Assembly (NCBI GenBank): GCA_021775625.1
Contig: JAJFHM010000115.1
Location: forward strand, 1 to 49,407
Length of the DNA: 49,407 nucleotides
From: Hyphomicrobiales bacterium
Lineage (GTDB): Bacteria; Pseudomonadota; Alphaproteobacteria; Rhizobiales; JAJFHB01
Direction: 5' to 3'
The notes below the pieces were generated by a model that was not told the DNA's origin, made no database searches, and worked only from the letters and a program-made list of their open reading frames with translations. Shown piece by piece: positions 1-8,510 of this stretch. The translations under genes and the position numbers were made by a program. Within the stretch, counting starts at the first letter, position 1. Each line of letters starts with the position of its first letter.

Positions 1-207
1 GCCTGCCACCAGAATTGCCATGGTGACCAGCCGGACCCGCAGGTTCGGGCGTCCAAGGTCGACCGCGTCGGTTCGGGCTTCGCGCGCTACCTTGGTGAAC
101 TCCTCGGCAACTTCGCAGAGGCCGCTGCCGGGAAACCGCTCGCAGATCCGCCGCGCCAGGGCATCGACGGTCGCAATGATCTTGTCTGCATCGAGCGTCT
201 TTTGCAT
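1..207 (-). CDS. Hypothetical protein, truncated by the window edge (N-terminus MQKTLDADKIIATVDALARRICERFPGSG...)
   Basis: Manual reverse translation: ATG (complement of 205-207) preceded by AAGGA, and the frame stays open to position 1. It is absent from the ORF track because it is incomplete. The + strand ORF 20-250 looks like its antisense shadow. Confidence 0.45.
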   Translation of the reverse strand, partial: MQKTLDADKIIATVDALARRICERFPGSGLCEVAEEFTKVAREARTDAVDLGRPNLRVRLVTMAILVAG

Positions 208-434
208 GATCCTTAGCCCGCGCCCATCAATATTCTGGTGCAAAAGCTAGCGGAAATTCGTTAACGGGAGGCTTTCGCGACGCCACGCCAGTCGCATCGT
301 CCTGTCCGCAAGATACTTCACCGAACCATCGCTGTGTTTTCATGTGGGGCCGGTCTGACTATAGTTCGCAGCAATGGAAATGAAGGACCGGGCAAATCGC
401 AGTCGCGTCAAGGAGCGGCCGTGAACGGGAGGGG

Positions 435-2948
435 ATGAAAATGAACAGCCGTGCGAAAGACGCATCGACGCCGATGGCGAACATTCGTGTGCTTAATCTC
501 GGGACACAATGGCCGGGCAGGCTTGCCGCCATGATGCTGGCCGACCAGGGCGCCGACGTGGTTGAAATTGTCCGTCCCGGGCGCGAGAAACACACGGTCG
601 ACCCCCTTCTCGACCGCGGCAAGCGCCTGTGGGAAGCCGACCTCAAGGACGACGACGCCCTGCAGCAGTGCCGCAACATGGCCATCGGGGCCGACATCGT
701 GCTTGAGAACATGCGTCCCGGTGCGGCCGCTGCCCTTGGGCTGGACTACGGCTCCCTCGATGGTGCCCACCACGGACTGGTCTATGTCTCAATGCCGGGT
801 TTCGCAGAAGGCGACCCCCGGCGCGACACGGCCGCCTGGGAAGGTGTGATCGATGCTTCAACCGGGGTTTACACCAACATTTCACCGCTGGGACCCCTGT
901 TGGGCGGCGACCCGGTCTATTCAGCCATTCCCATGGCGTCTGCCTATGGCGGGGTTCTGGCCGCCCTGGCCGCATCTCTCGGGCTCTATGGACGCCAGCA
1001 AACCGGGCGCGGACAGAGTTTTGAGGTGCCGCTTGCCGACGCGGTGATGTCGGCCATGGCGCTGCTCATCTGCAAGATCGAGGGGCAGCCCTCGCGCTAC
1101 AATTTCCCCACCATCGACAATGCGGTGCTCGACCTGGTCATGCCGACATTGCGGGACCTGCGCGGCCACATGAACGATGACCATGTGGCGCAGATTGCCG
1201 AATTCGTGCGCGGCCATGCCAACCCGACGATCAATTTCTACGACTGCGCCGATGGACGCGTGCTGTTCGTGTGTGCACCGGATCACGTTTACCAGAACCG
1301 CGCCTTTCTTCAGGTGCTGGGGGTCTATGACAGGGTGATCGCGGAAGGCATGGTGTCGGAGACGCCCTATAAGGAAAGTGACGCCGGCAACAATGTCAAC
1401 AAGGGTGCAACCCTGACGCCTGCCTGGCGCAAGCGGCTTATCGAACTGATCTCGGCGGCGGCCCTGACCAAACCCGCAAAGGAGTGGGAAGCGTTGATGC
1501 GGGATGCCAATGTGCCCGCCTCCATGGTGCAGACCACGACCGAATGGCTGGCCGACCCGGTGCATTTCGAGGCCGGTGTGACCACCGACATCGAAGACCC
1601 CGAACGGGGCACGGTCAGGCAGAGCGGGCGCTATCTTTCGATCCTCGGCGACGGCGTCACCTCGCCGGATCTCAAGGCCGGCGAGACGGTCAGCGGAACC
1701 GTCGAGTGGAAGGCGCCGGCACTGAAACGGCCATCCGCGCAGTCTGCCCTTTCGGGTGGCTTGCTGGACGGCATCAAGGTGCTGGATTTTTCAAACATCG
1801 TGGCCGGCCCGGCGGCAGGCCGCACGCTTGCTGAACATGGCGCCGATGTGGTCCGCATCGACCCGCCCGCTCCGCAGGCCGGCCCTTTCGCCACCATGTG
1901 GTTCGGGGTGGATGTCAATCAGGGCAAACGCGCCATTGTGCTCGACCTCAAGTCAGAAAACGGCAAGGCAACCCTGGAGCGCCTGGTCAAACAATCCGAC
2001 GTGGTGCTGCATAACTTTCTTGACCGGTCGGCGATCTTGCTCGGCATTTCCCACGATCAGCTCAAGGCCATCAATCCGGAGATCATCTCGTGCCAGATCA
2101 GCGCCTGGGCGGGTTCCGCCAAGGGCGCCTATGACAACGATCCGTCGTTCGATCCGGTGTTGCAGTCCGCAACCGGCATCATGGCGCGTTACGGTGGCAG
2201 TGAAAAACGGCCCGTCATGCACGCCATTGCCTCATGCGTCGATTACATCACCGGGTACTCCGCGGCCCTCGGCATCACGCAGGCGCTGATGGCCCGCGCG
2301 CAGGGCAAGGGGGGCGCTTACGTGAAGACGTCTCTCGCCATGGCCGCGCAACTGGTGCAGTTCCCGCACATGGTATCGTTCAAGGGTGCAGGGCCCGGCA
2401 AGGAACCTGCCGGCCAGGGCGCCCGCGGCGAGAGCGCCGAACAGCATCTTTACGAACTGGTCGACGGCTGGACGTTCATTGGCTGCCGCCATGGGGACGG
2501 CGCACAACTGGCCAGGGCGCTCGGCGCGAAGCAAGCCACTGTGGAGGCGATTGCCGCGGCGGTGAAGCCGTTGCGGATGACAGATGTCGAGCGACGTCTC
2601 GCAGATGTGCCAGGCGCCGGTGCCGCACCGGTAAAATCTCTGGCGGAGATCCGGGAAGACCGCACCGTGGAAGGTACAGAGCGGATGTCCAACTGGATGA
2701 GCAGCGGCTCCTTCCGCCTGTTCCGGGGACCGCATCCATCCGGCCACACCACCACGCTGCCCATGCCCACATGGATCAGGCCGGAAAGCTCCGAAGTGCG
2801 CCACCTGCAGGGCGCACCCCTGCCCGGCGCGCATACGATCGAAGTGCTGGCAGAGGCCGGGCATTCGGCGGATGAAATTGATGGCCTGGTTGACAGTGGC
2901 ACCGCGCATCACGGCTGGCGGATCCTGCCGAGGTACTTGCCGAATTAG
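435..2948 (+). CDS. Tandem-fused family III (CaiB/BaiF-type) CoA-transferase, two full domains in one polypeptide
   Basis: The family III N-terminal signature occurs twice: IRVLNLGTQWPGRLAAMMLADQGADVVEIVRPG near residue 17 and IKVLDFSNIVAGPAAGRTLAEHGADVVRIDPP near residue 447. GGGAGGGG lies at 427-434, so the ATG at 441 is probably the real start. Confidence 0.85.
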   Translation: MKMNSRAKDASTPMANIRVLNLGTQWPGRLAAMMLADQGADVVEIVRPGREKHTVDPLLDRGKRLWEADLKDDDALQQCRNMAIGADIVLENMRPGAAAALGLDYGSLDGAHHGLVYVSMPGFAEGDPRRDTAAWEGVIDASTGVYTNISPLGPLLGGDPVYSAIPMASAYGGVLAALAASLGLYGRQQTGRGQSFEVPLADAVMSAMALLICKIEGQPSRYNFPTIDNAVLDLVMPTLRDLRGHMNDDHVAQIAEFVRGHANPTINFYDCADGRVLFVCAPDHVYQNRAFLQVLGVYDRVIAEGMVSETPYKESDAGNNVNKGATLTPAWRKRLIELISAAALTKPAKEWEALMRDANVPASMVQTTTEWLADPVHFEAGVTTDIEDPERGTVRQSGRYLSILGDGVTSPDLKAGETVSGTVEWKAPALKRPSAQSALSGGLLDGIKVLDFSNIVAGPAAGRTLAEHGADVVRIDPPAPQAGPFATMWFGVDVNQGKRAIVLDLKSENGKATLERLVKQSDVVLHNFLDRSAILLGISHDQLKAINPEIISCQISAWAGSAKGAYDNDPSFDPVLQSATGIMARYGGSEKRPVMHAIASCVDYITGYSAALGITQALMARAQGKGGAYVKTSLAMAAQLVQFPHMVSFKGAGPGKEPAGQGARGESAEQHLYELVDGWTFIGCRHGDGAQLARALGAKQATVEAIAAAVKPLRMTDVERRLADVPGAGAAPVKSLAEIREDRTVEGTERMSNWMSSGSFRLFRGPHPSGHTTTLPMPTWIRPESSEVRHLQGAPLPGAHTIEVLAEAGHSADEIDGLVDSGTAHHGWRILPRYLPN

Positions 2949-5041
2949 GCGCTTGCGGCTCGCATCAGGACGTCAACCGCGCAGACGTCATTTGGCAGAA
3001 CGAGCAGCGGGTTGATCTCTATTTCTTCGAGCGCCGCAGAATTGGCGACGGCATAGGCGGCCAGTCGGTGCAACACACCGACAACCTGCTCGCGATTGCC
3101 GCCTGCCTTTTGCCGGAACCCGTCAATCAGGCGCGAAACCTTGAGACGATCAAGAGCAGCTTCGATTTCCACCTCGCGCGCGGGCAGGAGAACGGTTACC
3201 GCGTCATCGATCAATTCCACCAACACACCGCCAGAGGCAATGGTCATGGCCTGGCCGAACTGCGGATCTGTTCTGACGCTGACGAGAAGTTCCGCGACCG
3301 GTTTATCGACCATCCGTTCGACAAGATATCTATCGGTTCCCGCATCACGATCGTAGGCGTCGACGTCACGTTTCATCTGCGCAACCGCCGCTTCGAGCTG
3401 TTCGCCGCTTTGCAGACCCAGCGCCACTGCACCGGCTTCGGTTTTGTGCGGCAGGTTTACACTTATCATCTTGACCGCAACCGGGAAGCCGAGCCCTTCA
3501 GCTGCTGAAACCGCCTCCCCGGCGCACGCCACCACGCCGCTTGGGACGGGGATGCCGGCCGCCGCCAGGCGCGCCTTTCCTTCGGCTTCGTCGAGCAAGC
3601 CAGATTTGCCCGATGGCCCGGGCAACAGGGGCAAAGGTTCAGGTGGCACCTCAAGAATTGCCTCGCGCCGCTCGCCAAACCAGCAGGCCGCCCGGATCGC
3701 ATCCAGCGTCTCGGTGATCCCCTGCATGGGAGCAACGCCGTTAGCGATCAACATCTCGCGGGTTTCGGCATCGATGTTTTCAGGCAGCGTGCTGCACACG
3801 GCCGCCGGAAGCCCGGCTCCCCGTGTTGCGGCAATGAAACTCTCAGCATCGTTGAGATAGTGCTGTTTGCTCTCGTCGAGCCCCGGAGCCGGGTAATCCT
3901 GGACGATGACCGAAGCGTCATACTCATCGCCCAGCATGGCATGAAATACCGGTTCGGTTTTCTCCCGGATGCCCCAGATGGGTGTGGTGTAGTCGAGCGG
4001 ATTGGACACAGTGGCAGTGTGCGGCAAGAGCTGCTTCAACGCGTTTTCCGTGAGCGCCGAGGGCTGCGGAAACTCAAGCCCGATCCTTTCACCATGGTCG
4101 GCCAGCATGGTGGCGCCGCCACCGGAGCAGGTGAAGCCGGAAATCCGGCGCCCCGCGGGCACGCCTGCAACACACAGAAACTTCAGTGTTTCAAGCAGTT
4201 GCGCCGGGCTGTGGACCCGAATTATGCCGACCCTTTCGAACAGGGCATCATAGAGATCGTCGGTGCCGGAAAGCGAGCCCGTGTGGCTCACCGTGAGCTG
4301 CGCGCCAACCTGCGATGTGCCGGTCTTGAGGGCGACGATCGGCTTGCCCGCCTGCAGCGCTTTCAGGGCCGCCTCGGCGAAGACCGGGACATCTCTCAGA
4401 CCTTCAATGTGAAGCCCGATGGCGCGCACCTCAGGGCGTTCCGCCATCACATCTATAAAGTCATCCAGGCGCAGCACGGACTGGTTGCCGGCCGAAATCA
4501 TGTAAGCGAAGGGCACCGAACGCTGGCTCATGGTGAGGTCCGACGACAGCATGCCGCTCTGGGTGATGATGGCGGCCCCATAGCCCGGGCAATAGCCACC
4601 ATGCGCAAACGGCCAGAGTGCCACTTTGTCGATGTAGTTCAGGAGGCCGTAACAGTTGGGCCCGATCAGGGCGAGATCACCCGCGGCTTCGATGAGCTGT
4701 GCTTCAGCCTCCGCACCTTCACCGCCAATTTCTGCAAATCCTGCCGTATAGCAGACGACGCCACCGGCACCGATTGCAGCGAGACGTGCAATCGCATCGA
4801 GCGCTGCATCCCGGTTGACCGCAAGGAAAACGGCATCGGGTGGCTCCGGCAGGTCCCCGATGCTCGCAAAACACGGATGACCGCCGATTTCGTCACGCTT
4901 CGGATTGACCGGCCAGACCGGGCCTTCAAATCCGATCCGGGCGCACTCGCCGGCAACGGTCACGGCGTCGCTGCCACCGATCAGTGCGATATGGCGCGGG
5001 CGCAACAGGCGCTGCAGTTTGTCACGCCGGTTCGGGGTCAT
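2945..5041 (-). CDS. NDP-forming acyl-CoA synthetase (acetate--CoA ligase family; CoA-binding, ligase-CoA and ATP-grasp domains)
   Basis: N-terminal CoA-binding Rossmann segment (PRHIALIGGSD...VWPVNPK), a succinyl-CoA-ligase-like middle part and a C-terminal ATP-grasp (EAEGKARLAAAGIPVP). Its start overlaps the upstream ACAD stop (ATGA). Confidence 0.85.
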   Translation of the reverse strand: MTPNRRDKLQRLLRPRHIALIGGSDAVTVAGECARIGFEGPVWPVNPKRDEIGGHPCFASIGDLPEPPDAVFLAVNRDAALDAIARLAAIGAGGVVCYTAGFAEIGGEGAEAEAQLIEAAGDLALIGPNCYGLLNYIDKVALWPFAHGGYCPGYGAAIITQSGMLSSDLTMSQRSVPFAYMISAGNQSVLRLDDFIDVMAERPEVRAIGLHIEGLRDVPVFAEAALKALQAGKPIVALKTGTSQVGAQLTVSHTGSLSGTDDLYDALFERVGIIRVHSPAQLLETLKFLCVAGVPAGRRISGFTCSGGGATMLADHGERIGLEFPQPSALTENALKQLLPHTATVSNPLDYTTPIWGIREKTEPVFHAMLGDEYDASVIVQDYPAPGLDESKQHYLNDAESFIAATRGAGLPAAVCSTLPENIDAETREMLIANGVAPMQGITETLDAIRAACWFGERREAILEVPPEPLPLLPGPSGKSGLLDEAEGKARLAAAGIPVPSGVVACAGEAVSAAEGLGFPVAVKMISVNLPHKTEAGAVALGLQSGEQLEAAVAQMKRDVDAYDRDAGTDRYLVERMVDKPVAELLVSVRTDPQFGQAMTIASGGVLVELIDDAVTVLLPAREVEIEAALDRLKVSRLIDGFRQKAGGNREQVVGVLHRLAAYAVANSAALEEIEINPLLVLPNDVCAVDVLMRAASA

Positions 5042-6198
5042 GCACCGAGTGGCCGCAGGATCGAGCGGGTGATGATATGGCGCTGGATTTCGGATGTTCC
5101 ATCCCAGATCCGCTCCAGCCGCGAGTCACGCCACAGGCGCTGCACCGGCAGCTCTTCCATCAGTCCCATGCCGCCATAGATCTGAACCGTGTTGTCGGCC
5201 ACCCGGTTCAGCATTTCCGAGCAATAGACCTTCACCATGGCCGCATCGGCATCGCTCATGGTGCCCTTTTCGGCATTCTCAACCGCATTCATCACCATGA
5301 GATCGGCGGCTTTCATCTCGATTGCCATGTCGGCGAGCTTGAACCCGGTCGCCTGAAACTGCCCGATCGGCTTGCCGAACTGCTTGCGGTTGGCGGCCCA
5401 TTCGGCGGCCATGCCGAAGAGCCGTTCAGCCTTGCCGCAACAGGTTGCCCCGACCCAGACACGCCCCATGCCGAGCCACTTTCCGGACAGCTCCAGGCCC
5501 CGCCCCTCTTCTCCAAGAATATGTCGCGCGCCGAGACGGACGTCGGAAAAACTCATCTCGAACGTGTGATATCCACGATAACTCACACAATGGGTGCCTT
5601 CGGAGATGTCGAAACCATCGGTTCCGACATCGACGAGGAAGGCCGTGATCCGCTTGCGTTCGCCGCGCGGTGTTTCGTCGACGCCTGTTGCTGCGAAAAC
5701 GATCGCAAAGTCCGGCATCACGGGGCCTGAAATGAAATGCTTCGATCCGTTCAATATCCAGTCATCGCCATCGCGCCGGGCGGTGGTCTTCATGGACATG
5801 ATGTCAGACCCGGCTTCCGGTTCCGTCAGGGCAAAGAGCTCGCGCTTCTCGGCGCGGACACAAGGCAGAAGGTACTCCTCGATCTGGTCGCCCTCACAGG
5901 CCAGCAGGATTTCGGTCGGACGCCCAATCCAGGAATGAAGCGCATGGCTTGTCTTGCCATATTCCCGCTCCATGAGAGCGAGACTGCGGTATCCAAGACC
6001 GCCGCCACCCACGTCCTCCGGCAGGTTTGCCGAATAAAGCCCTGCATCAATGGCCCGCTTCTCGATCTGACGGCCGAGTTCCAGCGGCACCCGTCCTGTC
6101 CTGTCGACTTCTTCCTCATGCGGATAAAGCTCTTCCTCCATGAAGCGTTTCACCGTGTCGAGCAGCATTTTCTGCTCGTGATCGAGATGCATTTCCAT
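5038..6198 (-). CDS. Acyl-CoA dehydrogenase
   Basis: Typical ACAD layout and motifs (LTEPEAGSD, KHFISG, QIYGGMG, RIWDGTSEIQR). Translationally coupled to the downstream synthetase. Confidence 0.9.
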   Translation of the reverse strand: MEMHLDHEQKMLLDTVKRFMEEELYPHEEEVDRTGRVPLELGRQIEKRAIDAGLYSANLPEDVGGGGLGYRSLALMEREYGKTSHALHSWIGRPTEILLACEGDQIEEYLLPCVRAEKRELFALTEPEAGSDIMSMKTTARRDGDDWILNGSKHFISGPVMPDFAIVFAATGVDETPRGERKRITAFLVDVGTDGFDISEGTHCVSYRGYHTFEMSFSDVRLGARHILGEEGRGLELSGKWLGMGRVWVGATCCGKAERLFGMAAEWAANRKQFGKPIGQFQATGFKLADMAIEMKAADLMVMNAVENAEKGTMSDADAAMVKVYCSEMLNRVADNTVQIYGGMGLMEELPVQRLWRDSRLERIWDGTSEIQRHIITRSILRPLGA

Positions 6199-6205
6199 GA
6201 CGAAG

Positions 6206-7090
6206 TTACGCTCCCCGCAAGCCGAGTTTCTTGCGCGCTTCTGCCGGGGTCACGGCCCGGGCGCCCATGCGCTCGATGATTTCGATGGCGCGCTCTACAA
6301 GCTGTCCGTTCGATGCCAGCACGCCGCGGTCGAGATAGATGTTGTCCTCAAGACCAACCCGGACATTGCCGCCCATGGCGACGGCAGCGGCTGCCATTGG
6401 CATTTGCATGCGTGAAATGCCGAAGCTCGCCCAATTGGCGCCGGCCGGGACCTCGTCCTTCATGACCTTCATCATGTCGACGCTCTGGTCGGCACCCCAC
6501 GGGATGCCAAGGCAGATCTGGAACATCGGTGGCTCGGCGATGAGGCCTTCTGAAAGCATTTGTTTGGCGAAGCGGATATGGCCCAACTCAAAGACTTCGA
6601 GCTCCGGTTTGACGCCCCACTCCCTGGTGAGCTCGGCCATCTTGCGGAGATAAGGCGGGGTTGAGATGTAAATCTCGTTGCCATTGCCGAAGTTCAAGGT
6701 GCCGCAGTCGAGGCTGCAGATCTCGGGCATGCAGTCTTTCACATGGACCAATCTCTCAAGCGGGCCGATCATGTCGGTGCCGGGTCCGGGCATTGCCGGG
6801 TCATCGTCGCTCGGTGTCCAATCGCCGCCCATGCCGGCGGTCAGGTTGATCACCACATCGGTGTCGCTCGAGCGCACCCGGTCGACCACTTCCCTGAAGA
6901 GTGCAGGGTCACGTGAACCTTTTCCGGTTTCAGGGTCGCGGACGTGAATATGTGCGATCGCCGCGCCGGCTTTCGCCGCTTCTATGGCCGCATCGGCAAT
7001 CTGTTCCGGCGTCACGGGAACGCCTGGGTGTTTGCCGACCGTATCACCGGCACCTGTGACCGCGCAGGTCACCACGACATCGTAGTTCAT
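6206..7090 (-). CDS. BKACE-family (3-keto-5-aminohexanoate cleavage / dehydrocarnitine cleavage-type, DUF849) enzyme
   Basis: [17 protein letters not shown]...[14 protein letters not shown]...INLTAGMGG is characteristic of BKACE TIM barrels. I chose the ATG at 7088-7090 (GGGAGATGG upstream); the 375-aa track ORF is an N-terminal over-extension. Confidence 0.85.
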   Translation of the reverse strand: MNYDVVVTCAVTGAGDTVGKHPGVPVTPEQIADAAIEAAKAGAAIAHIHVRDPETGKGSRDPALFREVVDRVRSSDTDVVINLTAGMGGDWTPSDDDPAMPGPGTDMIGPLERLVHVKDCMPEICSLDCGTLNFGNGNEIYISTPPYLRKMAELTREWGVKPELEVFELGHIRFAKQMLSEGLIAEPPMFQICLGIPWGADQSVDMMKVMKDEVPAGANWASFGISRMQMPMAAAAVAMGGNVRVGLEDNIYLDRGVLASNGQLVERAIEIIERMGARAVTPAEARKKLGLRGA

Positions 7091-7226
7091 GATCCATCTC
7101 CCATGTTTCACCGGATTTTGTTTCGCGGCGATCAATTTTGTTGTAATTTTCTCGCCATCACTTTGGATTTTTCGACAACCGTTGTATTTTTCAACGCGAC
7201 CCAAAACCCGGTCAAATCGGTTCAAC

Positions 7227-8282
7227 ATGAAAACATTCAGCTCCTCAAGCGGATCGCCAACGCTCGTCGACTTCGTTCTCGTGCCGCGGTTCAACATGAT
7301 GGCGCTGACGGCGACCATCGAACCAATGCGCATCGCGAATTACCTCGCACCGGAAAGGCTCTATGAGTGGCACTATCTATCCGCTGAAGGTGGTGGCGTA
7401 GAGGCAAGCAACGGCATGGCGCTCGACACCATTCCGGTAGCAAAAAGAGTGGTCTCAGCCAGCGTGATATTTGCCTGCGGCAGCTGGGGTTGCGAACACT
7501 ACGAGAGCCCGGTGCTGTTTAACTGGTTGCGCCGGCAGGGGCGCAAAGGGGTTATACTGGGCGCCCTGGAACAGGGGGTTTATCTGCTTGCCCGGGCCGG
7601 CCTGATGTCCGGCCGGCGGGCGACCACACACTGGTCGTGCATCGCCGGCTTCGCCGAGCAGTTCCCGAAGATCTCGGTCAGCGAGCAACTCTTCACGGAA
7701 GACGGAAATCTGATCACCTGCGCAGGCGGCACTGCCGGCGTTGATCTGATGCTGCACCTGATTGCCCGTCAGCATGGCGATCAACTGGCCTCGGAAGTCG
7801 CCGACCAGGCTGTTCATTATCCGATCCGGCAGGCCGATACGCTGCAACGCCACACGCTCGGCGGAGCCACGGAAGATGTCCACCCGGACGTCAAGGCGGC
7901 GATCGACCTGATTGAAGCCAACATCGAAGAACCCTTGTCGGTTCCAGAGATCGCAGCAGAACTTGGAATTTCGCAGCGCCAGCTTGAACGGGTCTTCCGC
8001 CGCCATATGGGATGTTCGACGGTTCAGTTCGCCAGGCTCATAAGATTGCAGTATGCCCGGGTCCTCCTCACCAGCACCCGCATGTCGATCCGGGAAGTGT
8101 CAGCGGCCAGCGGATTCAACTCCATGTCGTATTTCTCGCAGAGCTTCGTTCAATGCTTCGGCAAGAGGCCGAGCGAGTATCGTTTGGCATGGCCTGACGA
8201 TGAGCTCGCGCCGGCCTGGCCGGGGACCGTGTTCTCTTTCACCGCGAACACCAAAATTACCTCCGAATCAAGCGCCGGCTGA
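7227..8282 (+). CDS. GlxA/CdhR/GbdR-type transcriptional regulator (DJ-1/PfpI-like domain plus AraC HTH)
   Basis: N-terminal [23 protein letters not shown] (GATase1-like sensor domain) and C-terminal AraC HTH ([23 protein letters not shown]...[11 protein letters not shown]). Divergent from the BKACE operon. Start taken at the ATG at 7227. Confidence 0.85.
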   Translation: MKTFSSSSGSPTLVDFVLVPRFNMMALTATIEPMRIANYLAPERLYEWHYLSAEGGGVEASNGMALDTIPVAKRVVSASVIFACGSWGCEHYESPVLFNWLRRQGRKGVILGALEQGVYLLARAGLMSGRRATTHWSCIAGFAEQFPKISVSEQLFTEDGNLITCAGGTAGVDLMLHLIARQHGDQLASEVADQAVHYPIRQADTLQRHTLGGATEDVHPDVKAAIDLIEANIEEPLSVPEIAAELGISQRQLERVFRRHMGCSTVQFARLIRLQYARVLLTSTRMSIREVSAASGFNSMSYFSQSFVQCFGKRPSEYRLAWPDDELAPAWPGTVFSFTANTKITSESSAG

Positions 8283-8510
8283 GCCTGCCGGCGCCGAATC
8301 GACCCGCACGGCTCCGGCCCCGCATCGTTCCTGTTTGGCAAGCACTTTCTGACTGATTTCCGCCGGAAAACTCCATTTGCGGGACGATCTTAACCAGCGC
8401 CACCAAATCGCCTTTTACCATCCGTGAAATCACCACAAGCCGTGCAACCGCGCGCCCAACTTGGGCGCTAGCACTGAGGCAGGGATGCAGTTAGGGGAGA
8501 TAACGGTCAA

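Noticed and set aside
2945-2948. Convergent genes sharing overlapping stop codons (TTAG at 2945-2948; TTAA at 40028-40031) with no intervening terminator
   Set aside because: The overlaps are real but a common consequence of compact high-GC genomes. No structure or function is evident beyond possible transcriptional interference.
6206-7333. N-terminally extended versions of real genes in the ORF track (6206-7333, 7089-8282, 10777-12630, 22754-24793, 25562-26737, 26524-27459, 41617-42540, 42540-44213, 44362-45030, 47442-48227)
   Set aside because: In each case the recognisable domain begins at an internal ATG that has a Shine-Dalgarno-like sequence at proper spacing. The extension either overlaps the neighbouring gene or promoter or reads as compositionally odd sequence. 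The shorter coordinates were reported instead.
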